From Eubacteriales bacterium (GTDB taxonomy: Bacteria; Bacillota; Clostridia; Oscillospirales; CAG-272): a stretch of DNA of 64,000 nucleotides. Numbering within the stretch: the first letter of the stretch is position 1; each line of letters starts with the position of its first letter. A model generated the notes under the pieces. That model worked only from the letters and a program-made list of their open reading frames with translations. It ran no database searches and was not told the DNA's origin. The stretch covers positions 3,953 to 67,952 of the forward strand of contig JAZRFY010000026.1 in the NCBI GenBank assembly GCA_045643885.1, written 5' to 3'. Positions 9,936 to 19,032 of this stretch are shown one piece after another. The translations under genes were made by a program, and so were the position numbers.

Positions 9936-9969
9936 AAAAACGCAACAGATTTGAATCTGTTGCGTTTTT
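9936..9969 (-). terminator. intrinsic terminator after the CNNM/CorC-type gene
   Basis: The stem cgcaacagat/atctgttgcg has a 4-nt loop and A/T runs on both sides. On the minus strand the hairpin is followed by TTTTTT. Confidence 0.8.
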
Positions 9970-9977
9970 GTGCAATT

Positions 9978-11309
9978 TTACTCGTCAGAGTCCTCTTCTT
10001 CAAGGGGAAGCTCTTCTTCCTTAACAATTACCTCGATTTCGTGTGACATAAGGTCATCAGCCTTAGTTACGGTAACTGTCAAATTGTTATATTCAAATGA
10101 GAAACCGACCTCGGGAATGCTTTCCGCGTGCTCGTTTACCCAACCGTTTACGGTTGTTGAATCACTCTCTTCGTCAACGTCAAGCTCAAAGAAAGAGAAG
10201 AATTCGTCAAGAGAAACCGTGGACAATACGCGATATTTGTCATCACCGATTGCCTTAATAGGTTCAATAGCTTCATCAAGCTCGTCCCAAATTTCACCAA
10301 CAAGCTCCTCGATGATGTCTTCCATACTTACAACACCTGATGTAAGTCCGTATTCATTAACAACGATTGCTATGTGGTTGTGAGAATCCTGCATTTCCTT
10401 AAGCAACGCATCGAGATGCATTGTCTCGGGTACGTATTTGGGAGGGAACATTGCGTCCTCAATTTTGTATTTGGGATTGCTGTAGTTAAGAAGATATTCG
10501 CGGGCATAAAGCACGCCAACTATCTTATCAAGACTATCCTCATAAACAGGAATTCTTGAATATCCCTCTTCCTTAATGATTTTAAGGAGCGCCGTTTTTG
10601 TGATATCCTGAGGAATAGCTACAAGTGACGTTCTTTGAGTCATAACGTCTGCAGCTGTAAGATTGTCGAGCTTAAATACGTTCTTTATGTATTCAACGTC
10701 GTCCTCGTCAAGACCACCCTCGTCTGCACCTGCATCAAGCATGGTAACGATATCCTCCTCAGAAACAACCTCTTCCTTTTCTTCGGGATCTATACCGAGA
10801 AGTCTGAGAATACCGTTTGTGGATACTGTGAGGAACCAGATGATGGGTTTAAAAATTGTTGTAAGGAAGGAAACCACTCCACAAAATGCTTTTGCAACCT
10901 TTTCCTTGTTCTTCATAGCAACTCTCTTGGGAACAAGCTCACCAAGAACGAGAGTGAAGTATGAGAGGATAAGTGTTACAACAATGACTGAAATTGTCTG
11001 GATAAGCTCTATATGTGCGTGAAGGCCGAATTCTTCGACGATTTGTTTTGTGATCATATCACCGAATTTGTCAGCAGCAAAAGCAGAGCCCATAAATCCT
11101 GCGAGTGTAATTCCTACCTGAATAGTAGAAAGGAATTTTGTGGGATCATCAAGGATCTTGACAATCCTGGAAGCTTTTTTGTCACCGTCCTCAGCAAGAG
11201 CCTTCATTTTCTGGCTGTTGAGGGAAACGACTGCAATTTCTGTTGCAGCAAAAAAAGCGTTGAGTGCGATAAGTATAAACTGTAGTAATAATTGTCTGAA
11301 TATAGACAT
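9978..11309 (-). CDS. CNNM/DUF21 + CBS pair + CorC_HlyC domain membrane protein (hemolysin-family / putative divalent-cation efflux)
   Basis: N-terminal DUF21 TM region (FAATEIAVVSLN), a CBS-pair region, and a C-terminal CorC/HlyC transporter-associated domain. Confidence 0.9.
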   Translation of the reverse strand: MSIFRQLLLQFILIALNAFFAATEIAVVSLNSQKMKALAEDGDKKASRIVKILDDPTKFLSTIQVGITLAGFMGSAFAADKFGDMITKQIVEEFGLHAHIELIQTISVIVVTLILSYFTLVLGELVPKRVAMKNKEKVAKAFCGVVSFLTTIFKPIIWFLTVSTNGILRLLGIDPEEKEEVVSEEDIVTMLDAGADEGGLDEDDVEYIKNVFKLDNLTAADVMTQRTSLVAIPQDITKTALLKIIKEEGYSRIPVYEDSLDKIVGVLYAREYLLNYSNPKYKIEDAMFPPKYVPETMHLDALLKEMQDSHNHIAIVVNEYGLTSGVVSMEDIIEELVGEIWDELDEAIEPIKAIGDDKYRVLSTVSLDEFFSFFELDVDEESDSTTVNGWVNEHAESIPEVGFSFEYNNLTVTVTKADDLMSHEIEVIVKEEELPLEEEDSDE

Positions 11310-11520
11310 AAATCCTCCAAAAATAAATTCAAATGTTCAAAATAGTGATGCGTTTGATATCGTACAAAACGACTTAACAGATAAGTGGCATATGCACGGT
11401 ATTGCTCGGAAACGAGCAACATTTGATTAATTTTGAATGATTGTCGTTAGATAACCGAGTTACAGGGCAACTTCGGGGCAATGGGTCCACGGTGTAAACT
11501 CCTTTCAAAAAAATAATATC
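11310..11520 (-). promoter_or_regulatory. predicted ~210-nt 5' leader of the CNNM/CorC-type gene with stable local helices (candidate cis-regulatory RNA, class unknown)
   Basis: The leader lies between the predicted promoter (11527-11555) and the ATG at 11309. One helix pairs GAGUU(U)ACA with UGUAACUC (plus coordinates 11493-11501 and 11457-11464). It encloses a tandem UUGCCC-CGAAG-UUGCCC. A 7-bp hairpin with a 4-nt loop is at 11402-11419. Confidence 0.4.
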
Positions 11521-11526
11521 AAGTGC

Positions 11527-11555
11527 ATTATAACATACTTGACGCAAAATTTCAA
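11527..11555 (-). promoter_or_regulatory. sigma-A-type promoter (TTGAAA-17-TATAAT with extended TG)
   Basis: The minus strand reads TTGAAAttttgcgtcaagtaTGtTATAAT. Confidence 0.6.
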
Positions 11556-11615
11556 TAGGTTTTAATCAATTTTTGTATATTATTAAAAAATAGTAGAGAA
11601 AAGTACAATAATTTG

Positions 11616-11644
11616 TTGACTAAGAATGTGGTTTGTGATAGAAT
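11616..11644 (+). promoter_or_regulatory. sigma-A-type promoter (TTGACT-17-TAGAAT)
   Basis: TTGACTaagaatgtggtttgtgaTAGAAT lies 32 nt upstream of the ATG at 11676. Confidence 0.6.
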
Positions 11645-11675
11645 GAATTTAATATTTTTTGAAAGGAAATTGATT

Positions 11676-12962
11676 ATGCTTTCAAACGAAATAATTAAAA
11701 CCTATGAAGACATTTTAATAGAGGAATTACAGGTGGCAATGGGATGTACAGAGCCGATCGCAATAGCATATGCTTCTGCCATTGCTCGCGATGCTCTCGG
11801 TCAGCTTCCTGATAAAATTACAATTCGTCTTAGCGGCAATATCATCAAAAACGTAAAGAGTGTAATTGTGCCTTCAACTGCGGGCATGCACGGAATAGAA
11901 AGTGCCGTAGCTGCCGGTGTCATCTCAAACAGATACGACCTTAAGCTTGAGCTTTTGTCCATTCTTGGAGAAAGTGATATTGAGGATATTAAGAGCTTTA
12001 AAGAAAGCTGCAGCATCATTCTTGAGGAGCTTGAAAGTCCTTGTAATTTCGACCTTTTCATCAAGGCTGAGAAGGATTCTCATAAGGTAAAGGTCAGAAT
12101 TTCCGACTATCATACAAACGTTGTTTACGTTGAGCATGATAAATGCGATCTTACAGATAAATACAGAAATGAAACTGCCGAAATTGGCAAGAGCTTGAAG
12201 AAGGCAGACAGATCTCTTCTTAACGTTAAGGACATAGTGGAATTTGCCGAAACAGTTGACCTTGAACGCATAAAGCCTCATATTTTAAAGCAAATTGAAA
12301 TGAATATGGCAATTGCGAAAGAGGGACTTACAAACGACTACGGAGCTACCATCGGCAAGATTCTTTATAAGAATGGAAACGCCCCCTTAAAGGAAGTTAT
12401 AAAGGGTTATGCAGCAGCCGGTAGTGATGCTCGTATGAGTGGCTGCGAATTACCGGTTTGTATTATTTCGGGCAGTGGAAATCAAGGCATCACGGCCTCC
12501 GTTCCCGTTGTGGTTTATGCAAGAGAAAACGGAATCAACGAAGAAAATATGCTTCGTGGAGTTCTGGTTTCCGACCTTCTTACAATCCATCAAAAAACCG
12601 GTATCGGAACACTCTCGGCATATTGTGGAGCTATCAGTGCAGGTGTTGGAGCAGGTGCAGGTATATGCTATCTTCAAGGAGGAAGATATCGTGAGATTGC
12701 TCACACTCTCGTTAATGCGGTAGCCATCCTTTCGGGAACTATTTGCGACGGTGCTAAAGCTTCTTGTGCTGCAAAGATCGCCATGGCAGTTGAGGCAGGT
12801 ATCGTAGGATGCGAAATGGCACATGCCGATAAGCAGTTCTACGGTGGTGACGGCATTGTTACCAAGGGCGTTGAAAATACCATCAAAAACGTTGGTATGC
12901 TTGCACGCGACGGTATGTCGGGCACCGATAAAGAAATTATCAAGATTATGCTTGGAAACTAA
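11676..12962 (+). CDS. UPF0597 / serine dehydratase alpha-like family protein (L-cysteine desulfidase family)
   Basis: MGCTEPIAIAYASA near the N-terminus and the Gly-rich GSGNQGITASVPV region fit this family. The start is moved from the track TTG (11613) to the ATG at 11676, because the promoter lies inside the track extension and GAAAGGA precedes 11676. Confidence 0.8.
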   Translation: MLSNEIIKTYEDILIEELQVAMGCTEPIAIAYASAIARDALGQLPDKITIRLSGNIIKNVKSVIVPSTAGMHGIESAVAAGVISNRYDLKLELLSILGESDIEDIKSFKESCSIILEELESPCNFDLFIKAEKDSHKVKVRISDYHTNVVYVEHDKCDLTDKYRNETAEIGKSLKKADRSLLNVKDIVEFAETVDLERIKPHILKQIEMNMAIAKEGLTNDYGATIGKILYKNGNAPLKEVIKGYAAAGSDARMSGCELPVCIISGSGNQGITASVPVVVYARENGINEENMLRGVLVSDLLTIHQKTGIGTLSAYCGAISAGVGAGAGICYLQGGRYREIAHTLVNAVAILSGTICDGAKASCAAKIAMAVEAGIVGCEMAHADKQFYGGDGIVTKGVENTIKNVGMLARDGMSGTDKEIIKIMLGN

Positions 12963-12998
12963 TTTGTTACTAATTGATTTACATAAAAGGAGAAAACT

Positions 12999-15803
12999 AT
13001 GAAAAACTTTACTTTTACCAATAAGGTAAGATTTGACTCCTGTGGCTATGACGTGTACGAATACGATCATATAAGCGGAGCAAAGCTTATCTACATTGAC
13101 TCAGGTACAGAGGAAAAATCCTTCTGTGCAGCATTCAAGACAATTCCAGATGATTCAACAGGTGTATTCCATATTCTCGAGCACTCCGTTCTTGACGGAT
13201 CTAAAAACTATCCTATGAACTCTCCGTTCTTGTTTATGCTCAAGAACTCTATGAATACCTTCCTTAATGCAATGACATTCAAGGGTAAGACAATGTACCC
13301 CTGTGCTTCTTGTAACCCCGATGATTTTGAAAATCTTATGAAGGTTTATCTTGATGCGGTTTTCAATCCCATTCTTGCTGAAGGCACTTTCTTGAGAGAG
13401 GGATGGCACATTGAAAAGGCAGAAAACGGCTTTGATATCAAGGGCGTTGTCTATAACGAGATGCAGGGTGCAGGCGCTTCTATTCAGCGTCAGCTTTACG
13501 GAGCTATGACTGCTGACCTTTACCCCGATACTTATCAGAAATATAACAGTGGTGGTGAGCCTTCAGTAATTCCTTCTCTCACATACGAAAACTACCTTGC
13601 GGCATATAGAAAGTACTATAGCACAGCTAACTGTGTGCTTTTCCTTCGCGGTAATATGGATCTTGAAAGATATACCGATATCATCGATCAGTGGCTTGCA
13701 GGTGCTTCTCAGGAAAGAAGTGAAATCAAGCATACGGTACAAGGGCCTAATCACAAGGTTTGTGAGCATGAATATCCCATTTCTCCCTCCGAGGATGCAA
13801 AGGGAAAGACAAATATCATCTACTCATACAACGTAGGTATGTATAACGATGCCGAAAGACAGATGGCTGCCGGTCTTCTTGCAAACTACCTTATGGATAA
13901 CAACTCGTCTCCCTTGAAGAAGGCGCTCGTTTCAAGTGGTCTTATGCAGGATGCTGATATTTACGACTCTACCGACGACATTCAAACCTCTTGGGGCTTT
14001 GCGGCTTATAATACTGAAAAAGAGCATAGAGATGCTATCAAGCAGATTATTGACGATACAATAAAGGGAATTATCGATAACGGTATTGATAAGGAAATCA
14101 TGCTTTCTCAAATTTCTGCCACAAGCTTCAGAATGAAGGAGCAGAGAAATGCCGTAACAGGTCTTTGCATCTACGATTTCATCAATATCGCAAATAACTG
14201 CTTCTATAACGTTCCCATCAATACTTATTTTGAGATTGATGAAACGTTTGAAAAATTTGAGCGTGAGCTTGATAACGGCTATTTTGAAAATCTTCTTCGT
14301 GAGATTTTCTTTGAAAACGATATTACTGCGATCTCAGTTCTTGTTCCCGTACAAAAGGAATCAAGTGAGGCTCACAAGAAGACTGTTGAAGAATATACAG
14401 CTCATCTTTCCAATGAAGTTAAGGAGGCTGCACATCAGAGATTTATAGACGGCACTCAAGAAGCGATGGATCGCGATACTCCCGAAGCAATTGCAAAAAT
14501 GCCCACTCTTTCACTCGATAAGCTCACAAAAGAGCTTCCTAAAAAGGAATTTATGCCCGAAGGCAAGGTTCTTTATACTCCCGCATCAACTAACGGTGTG
14601 GCATATTACCGATTCTACTTCTCGCTCGCAGGACTTAGCGCAAACGAGATTATGACTGTTGAGCTTATTTCCCGTAGCCTAGCGGACTTTGCAACAGAGA
14701 ACAGTACCCCCTCCGAGCTTTCCAATAAGCTTAATAGATACGCAGGTAAATGGAAATTTGCCACAACTACAGTTTCTCCCTCTATGAAGAAGTCCGATCC
14801 CTATCTTGTAGTAAGTGTTGCATGTCTTGAAAAGAACGCTGAAAAGGCACTTGAAATCATCAGTGAAATTCTTACTAAGACAGTTTATGATGAAGAAACT
14901 GCCAAAACAGTTCTTGCTCGCGAGCTCAATAACACAAGAATGCAGTTCATGGGCAACGGTGTAGGACTTGCTCTTAACACAAGTGAATCCCTTATTTCTG
15001 CAAGTGGATATTACAGTGTTCTTACAGGAGGATACCCCTTGTTTGCAAAGATTCAGGAGCTTTCAAACGAGCCCAAAGCCTTTTGCGAAGGTGCAAAAGC
15101 ACTTCTTTCCAGAGTATTTAACGAATCAAATCTTTGCTACACAGGTCTTACTGGCAATAAAGAGCTTCTTGCACATTCTCTTGATCTTCCCATGGGAGAA
15201 AAGCTTGAGGGTGCAACACTCGTTAATCCCGATTGTAAGAAGGTTGCTTATGCAATTCCCGCAGGAATCAGCTTTAACGTTCGTTCACTCGACGTAAATG
15301 ACATCCTTCCTTACAGTGGTAAGCATATGGCACTTTCAAATCTTCTTTCACTTGGATACTTGTGGCACAACGTCCGTGAGGTTGGCGGTGCTTACGGCAC
15401 AGGTCTTCGCTTTGCAAGACGAGGAGCTATGAATGTTTATTCATATCGCGATCCCAAGGTTAAGGAAACGTATGAGCTTTATGACGGTATTGCAAATTAT
15501 CTTGCAACTAACGAGTTTACCGATGGTGAGATTCTTGGATGCATCATCAGTACTCTTGCGGATTTCGTAAATCCCAAGTCCGTTGAAATGGAAGGCATTG
15601 AAAACGAAATGGGATTCCTTGCAAATTATACCTACGAAGAAAAGGCACGTCACATGGCTGAGGTTCTTTCCTTCAGCAAGGAAGATATCAAGTCCTTCGT
15701 GCCCATATTTGAAGCGTTCAAATCAAATTGCGCCGAGTGCTCAGTTGGTAACAGTGATAACCAAGCTGCCTACGGAAAATTTGATGAGATAATTAATATT
15801 TGA
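12999..15803 (+). CDS. M16 (insulinase/PreP-like) zinc metallopeptidase
   Basis: Inverted zinc motif HILEHSVLDGS (HxxEH). The ~930 aa length is typical of M16C presequence-protease-like enzymes. Confidence 0.9.
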   Translation: MKNFTFTNKVRFDSCGYDVYEYDHISGAKLIYIDSGTEEKSFCAAFKTIPDDSTGVFHILEHSVLDGSKNYPMNSPFLFMLKNSMNTFLNAMTFKGKTMYPCASCNPDDFENLMKVYLDAVFNPILAEGTFLREGWHIEKAENGFDIKGVVYNEMQGAGASIQRQLYGAMTADLYPDTYQKYNSGGEPSVIPSLTYENYLAAYRKYYSTANCVLFLRGNMDLERYTDIIDQWLAGASQERSEIKHTVQGPNHKVCEHEYPISPSEDAKGKTNIIYSYNVGMYNDAERQMAAGLLANYLMDNNSSPLKKALVSSGLMQDADIYDSTDDIQTSWGFAAYNTEKEHRDAIKQIIDDTIKGIIDNGIDKEIMLSQISATSFRMKEQRNAVTGLCIYDFINIANNCFYNVPINTYFEIDETFEKFERELDNGYFENLLREIFFENDITAISVLVPVQKESSEAHKKTVEEYTAHLSNEVKEAAHQRFIDGTQEAMDRDTPEAIAKMPTLSLDKLTKELPKKEFMPEGKVLYTPASTNGVAYYRFYFSLAGLSANEIMTVELISRSLADFATENSTPSELSNKLNRYAGKWKFATTTVSPSMKKSDPYLVVSVACLEKNAEKALEIISEILTKTVYDEETAKTVLARELNNTRMQFMGNGVGLALNTSESLISASGYYSVLTGGYPLFAKIQELSNEPKAFCEGAKALLSRVFNESNLCYTGLTGNKELLAHSLDLPMGEKLEGATLVNPDCKKVAYAIPAGISFNVRSLDVNDILPYSGKHMALSNLLSLGYLWHNVREVGGAYGTGLRFARRGAMNVYSYRDPKVKETYELYDGIANYLATNEFTDGEILGCIISTLADFVNPKSVEMEGIENEMGFLANYTYEEKARHMAEVLSFSKEDIKSFVPIFEAFKSNCAECSVGNSDNQAAYGKFDEIINI

Positions 15804-15816
15804 TAAATAAAAAGAT

Positions 15817-15849
15817 AACGGTGAGGGGCTACCTCACCGTTGTTTTTTT
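15817..15849. terminator. bidirectional intrinsic terminator between convergent genes
   Basis: The stem aacggtgagg/cctcaccgtt has a 5-nt loop. A T-run follows on the + strand and an A-run precedes it. Confidence 0.8.
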
Positions 15850-16669
15850 ATCTTAAATTTTTAAGCCAATTGTCAGCAAGATTTACCCACGAAGATGCAG
15901 GATGTGGAGCATTTTCGGGTATATCGCGACACGTTTCGTGGTTAGCAAGGGAAAGGCCGTGAACTCCATCGGGATAGAGAACCAGCTCGTGCTTAACTCC
16001 TGCTTTTTTTAGTGCAGACGCGAAATTCTTTGAGTTTTGAACGGGTACTGAATTATCATTTTCAGTGTGCCAAATAAATGCAGGTGGAGTGGTTTCATCA
16101 ACGTGAAGATCAAGAGAGAAAAGGTCTTTAAGCTCCTTGGATGGGTTTTCCGTTCCACAAAAATAATGCAATGTACCAAGATGTGTGGGGCATGTTGCCG
16201 TAATTACAGGGTATGATAAAACCATTGCATCGGGACGGCATATTTTTGTGTCAGAACCATCTCCAATTGCCGATTTAACTGCATCGTGATTCCAGTAAAC
16301 ACCGCATGATGCAGCGAGATGGCCACCTGCAGAAAATCCCAATATATAAACCCTTGAAGGGTCGATATTATATTCTTTTGCGTTATCTCTTATATGCTTG
16401 ATGGCAAGAGCAGCTTCACACAAGGGACGAAGACCTGATGCCATTTTCTCAACTGAATATTTCAGCACAAAAGCATTGTATCCTCTTGCTAAAAATTGAA
16501 CTGCAACAGGCTCGCTTTCACGCTCGGACGTCCATCCGTAACCCCCACCCGGGCAAATCAGAATAGCAGGGCGCGGATCGTTGCCAAGTTCAATCGGATT
16601 ATCCCTTATATAGGTTACAAGATGAGCAGCTTCATCCTGTGGGAAAATATATAATTTATCAAATTTCAT
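15848..16669 (-). CDS. alpha/beta hydrolase (acetyl esterase / Aes-like)
   Basis: Oxyanion-region CPGGGYGW and the nucleophile elbow GFSAGGH. Confidence 0.8.
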   Translation of the reverse strand: MKFDKLYIFPQDEAAHLVTYIRDNPIELGNDPRPAILICPGGGYGWTSERESEPVAVQFLARGYNAFVLKYSVEKMASGLRPLCEAALAIKHIRDNAKEYNIDPSRVYILGFSAGGHLAASCGVYWNHDAVKSAIGDGSDTKICRPDAMVLSYPVITATCPTHLGTLHYFCGTENPSKELKDLFSLDLHVDETTPPAFIWHTENDNSVPVQNSKNFASALKKAGVKHELVLYPDGVHGLSLANHETCRDIPENAPHPASSWVNLADNWLKNLR

Positions 16670-16779
16670 ACCATCACCTCAAATAAATTATAGCATTATT
16701 TCCATAAATGTCAATATAAAAGTATACTTTTCATCCTTTTGCAGATAATAATATCAAAACTTAAAAAGGAGAATAAAAA

Positions 16780-17229
16780 ATGAATAATAATTCAACAAAC
16801 AGGGATACTGAGCTTTTACAGGACATATATTCTAACGTGAAAATGGGATCTGATTCCATCATTAATTTGTTGCCCAAGATCAATGATGAAGAGATGAAAT
16901 GCTTTATGACCTCTCAGCTCGATAAATACGAGGGGTATGCTCAAAGCGTAAAGCAAATCCTAAGTGATAAGGGAGTTGAAGTCAAAGAACCCAACCCTCT
17001 TTCCAAGCTTGGAGCAAAGATCGGCATGGAGATGAAATCCATGCAAGACAGTACCACAAGCCATATGGCTGAGATGATGGTTCAAGGCTCAACGATGGAC
17101 GTTACCGACCTTTTGCAAAAGGTGAGTGCATATGAAAATTATCCCGAATGCAAGGAATCCGTAGCTCTTGCAAAAGAGATAGTTGCTTTTGAAGAGAAAA
17201 ACATTGAAAAAATGAAGCAGTTTCTTTAA
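16780..17229 (+). CDS. hypothetical helical protein (149 aa)
   Basis: ORF with RBS AAAGGAG. Composition suggests an all-helical protein. I do not recognise a family with confidence. Confidence 0.6.
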   Translation: MNNNSTNRDTELLQDIYSNVKMGSDSIINLLPKINDEEMKCFMTSQLDKYEGYAQSVKQILSDKGVEVKEPNPLSKLGAKIGMEMKSMQDSTTSHMAEMMVQGSTMDVTDLLQKVSAYENYPECKESVALAKEIVAFEEKNIEKMKQFL

Positions 17230-17256
17230 AAATCTATTATTTTAGTTAAAATCTGA

Positions 17257-17285
17257 TTGACATGCGCATTAAAATGTTATATAAT
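17257..17285 (+). promoter_or_regulatory. sigma-A-type promoter (TTGACA-17-TATAAT)
   Basis: TTGACAtgcgcattaaaatgttaTATAAT lies upstream of the DUF1858 gene. Confidence 0.6.
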
Positions 17286-17319
17286 AATTTATATACTTTT
17301 TAGATAGGAGAAACTAATC

Positions 17320-17517
17320 ATGAAGGTAACAAAGGAATCCATCATCGGTGATGTTCTTGATTTCAACCCCGAGACAGCTCAGTTCTTCTTTGAAATCGGT
17401 ATGCATTGCCTCGGTTGTCCTGCATCTCGTGGTGAGTGCATTGCTGATGCATGCGCAGTTCACGGAACAGATGCTGATAAGCTTGTTGAAAAGATTAACG
17501 CATTTCTTGGAAACTAA
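17320..17517 (+). CDS. DUF1858 domain protein (hybrid-cluster-protein-associated redox disulfide type)
   Basis: 65 aa containing GMHCLGCPASRGECI, which is characteristic of this small family. Confidence 0.75.
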   Translation: MKVTKESIIGDVLDFNPETAQFFFEIGMHCLGCPASRGECIADACAVHGTDADKLVEKINAFLGN

Positions 17518-17524
17518 TTAATAA

Positions 17525-17551
17525 AAAAGAGCCTTGCAAAAGGCTCTTTTT
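17525..17551 (+). terminator. intrinsic terminator
   Basis: agagcctt-gcaa-aaggctct followed by TTTT. Confidence 0.8.
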
Positions 17552-17565
17552 GCTCTGGAGAGATT

Positions 17566-18249
17566 ATGGAACATATCAAAATTAACGATAGATTATTAAC
17601 TGCCGTGCCTTTTGTAAGAGAAAATAGAAGATTTGCCGATATCGGTACCGATCATGCATATCTCCCGATATATCTTATGGGGCTTTCTAAAATATCTTCG
17701 GCAGTGGCAGCTGATATAAATGTCGGACCTTTGGAGAAGGCGCGCGAAAACATCGAAAAATACGGATATCAGGACTTGATTACAACAGTTCTTTGCGACG
17801 GACTTAAAAAGGTGTTTCCCGACTTGGCTGACGATATAGCAATATTCGGCATGGGTGGTGAGTTGATAGTCAAAATCATTGATGAAGCCCCTTGGGTAAA
17901 GGATTCAAGCAAAAGATTGATTCTTCAACCCATGACGCATCCCGAAAAGCTTAGAGAATACCTCATAAATAACGGATTTGCTATAATCGGTGAGGCGATT
18001 TCTTTCGATAGAGGTAAGATATATCAAACGATTTGTGCCGAATATGACGGTATCATAAGAGAGCTTGACGTATTAGCACTTCACTACGGAGAATACATTC
18101 TCAAGGATAAGAGTGATCTTCTTATTGAGCTTATGAAGGAGATGCAGAAAAAGCTTGAACGAAAGATAAACGGCAAAGCTGAAGGAAATGAGGATGCTTC
18201 ATATGAAAAGAACCTTCTTGCGAAAATTACGGAATACATAGAGAGGTAA
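17566..18249 (+). CDS. trmK: tRNA (adenine22-N1)-methyltransferase TrmK family
   Basis: ADIGTDHAYLPIYL and FGMGGELI motifs. Synteny with a Nif3 gene matches B. subtilis yqfN-yqfO. Confidence 0.85.
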   Translation: MEHIKINDRLLTAVPFVRENRRFADIGTDHAYLPIYLMGLSKISSAVAADINVGPLEKARENIEKYGYQDLITTVLCDGLKKVFPDLADDIAIFGMGGELIVKIIDEAPWVKDSSKRLILQPMTHPEKLREYLINNGFAIIGEAISFDRGKIYQTICAEYDGIIRELDVLALHYGEYILKDKSDLLIELMKEMQKKLERKINGKAEGNEDASYEKNLLAKITEYIER

Positions 18250-18254
18250 TTGCT

Positions 18255-19022
18255 ATGAATATTAATGAACTTAATAGATATATGAACGAGAGAATTCCCA
18301 AAACTCTTTCTTGTTCTTGGGATAACGACGGACTTATGTGTTGCCCCGATGCTACAAGAGAAGTTAAGAAGGCACTCTTTTGCATGGATGTAACACCCGA
18401 AGCAATTGATTATGCAATAGACGGAGGTTATGACGTTATCATTTCTCATCACCCCTTGATTTTCAAGGGGGTAAAGACCGTTTCAGGTGACGTTGGAATC
18501 CCTGCAAGAATCATCAAGCTTATTAAGAATGACGTTTCAGTTATGTCCTTCCACACAAGATTTGACGCAGTTGACGGTGGCGTAAATGACGCATTGGCAG
18601 AGCTTTTTGAACTTACTGACGTAGAAAAAATCGTTTGTGATGACATTGAGCTTATGCGAGTTGGTAGTCTCAAAAACGGGATGAATATCGAAGATTTTGT
18701 TGAGCTCGTTAAAGAAAAGCTTGGCTGCGAGCACCTGAATTTTGCTTCAAACGATGGCAAGGTTAAAAGACTTGCCTTGGTTGGCGGCGGTGGTGGAAGC
18801 TATATCCACACTGCAGCAAGAGCAGGAGCTGACACGTATCTTTCAGGTGAAATTGGCTATCACAATATGACTGACTGCAAGGATACTGGCATAAATCTTG
18901 TAGAAGCAGGACATTATTTTACTGAAAATCCCACACTCAAAAATCTTGCGAGATTCGTGCTTGAAGCCGATGCTTCAATTAAGTGCGATTTCTTTGAATC
19001 TAATATAATCAAACATATTTAA
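18255..19022 (+). CDS. Nif3-like dinuclear metal centre protein (YqfO/GTP cyclohydrolase 1 type 2 homolog)
   Basis: The pattern VIISHHPLIF ... SFHTRFD ... EAGHY fits the NIF3 family. Confidence 0.85.
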   Translation: MNINELNRYMNERIPKTLSCSWDNDGLMCCPDATREVKKALFCMDVTPEAIDYAIDGGYDVIISHHPLIFKGVKTVSGDVGIPARIIKLIKNDVSVMSFHTRFDAVDGGVNDALAELFELTDVEKIVCDDIELMRVGSLKNGMNIEDFVELVKEKLGCEHLNFASNDGKVKRLALVGGGGGSYIHTAARAGADTYLSGEIGYHNMTDCKDTGINLVEAGHYFTENPTLKNLARFVLEADASIKCDFFESNIIKHI

Positions 19023-19032
19023 GGAGAACTGT

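Noticed and set aside
11204-11422. A 72-aa minus-strand ORF starting in the CNNM leader and overlapping the CNNM start out of frame.
   Set aside because: It has no RBS and an odd Tyr/Leu-rich composition, and it overlaps a conserved gene start. It is more likely non-coding leader sequence.
11445-11492. A + strand stretch resembling pieces of the M-box (Mg) riboswitch: CGTTAGATAACCG versus CGUUAGGUGAGGC, and CAATGGGTCCACGG versus UAAUGGGUCAACAG.
   Set aside because: It is on the wrong strand relative to the CNNM gene and its promoter. It is far too short for the ~160-nt M-box, and the other conserved M-box blocks are absent. I treat it as coincidence, but the leader as a whole is reported as an unclassified candidate.
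11613-11675. N-terminal extensions in the ORF track. This one, and likewise 19664, 22339, 23543, 29641, 30499, 35766, 39738, 41611, 53952, 54769, 58119 and 60995.
   Set aside because: The extensions overlap upstream genes or promoters, or start at non-ATG codons without an SD. Internal ATGs with good GGAGG-type RBSs match the conserved N-termini of the families.
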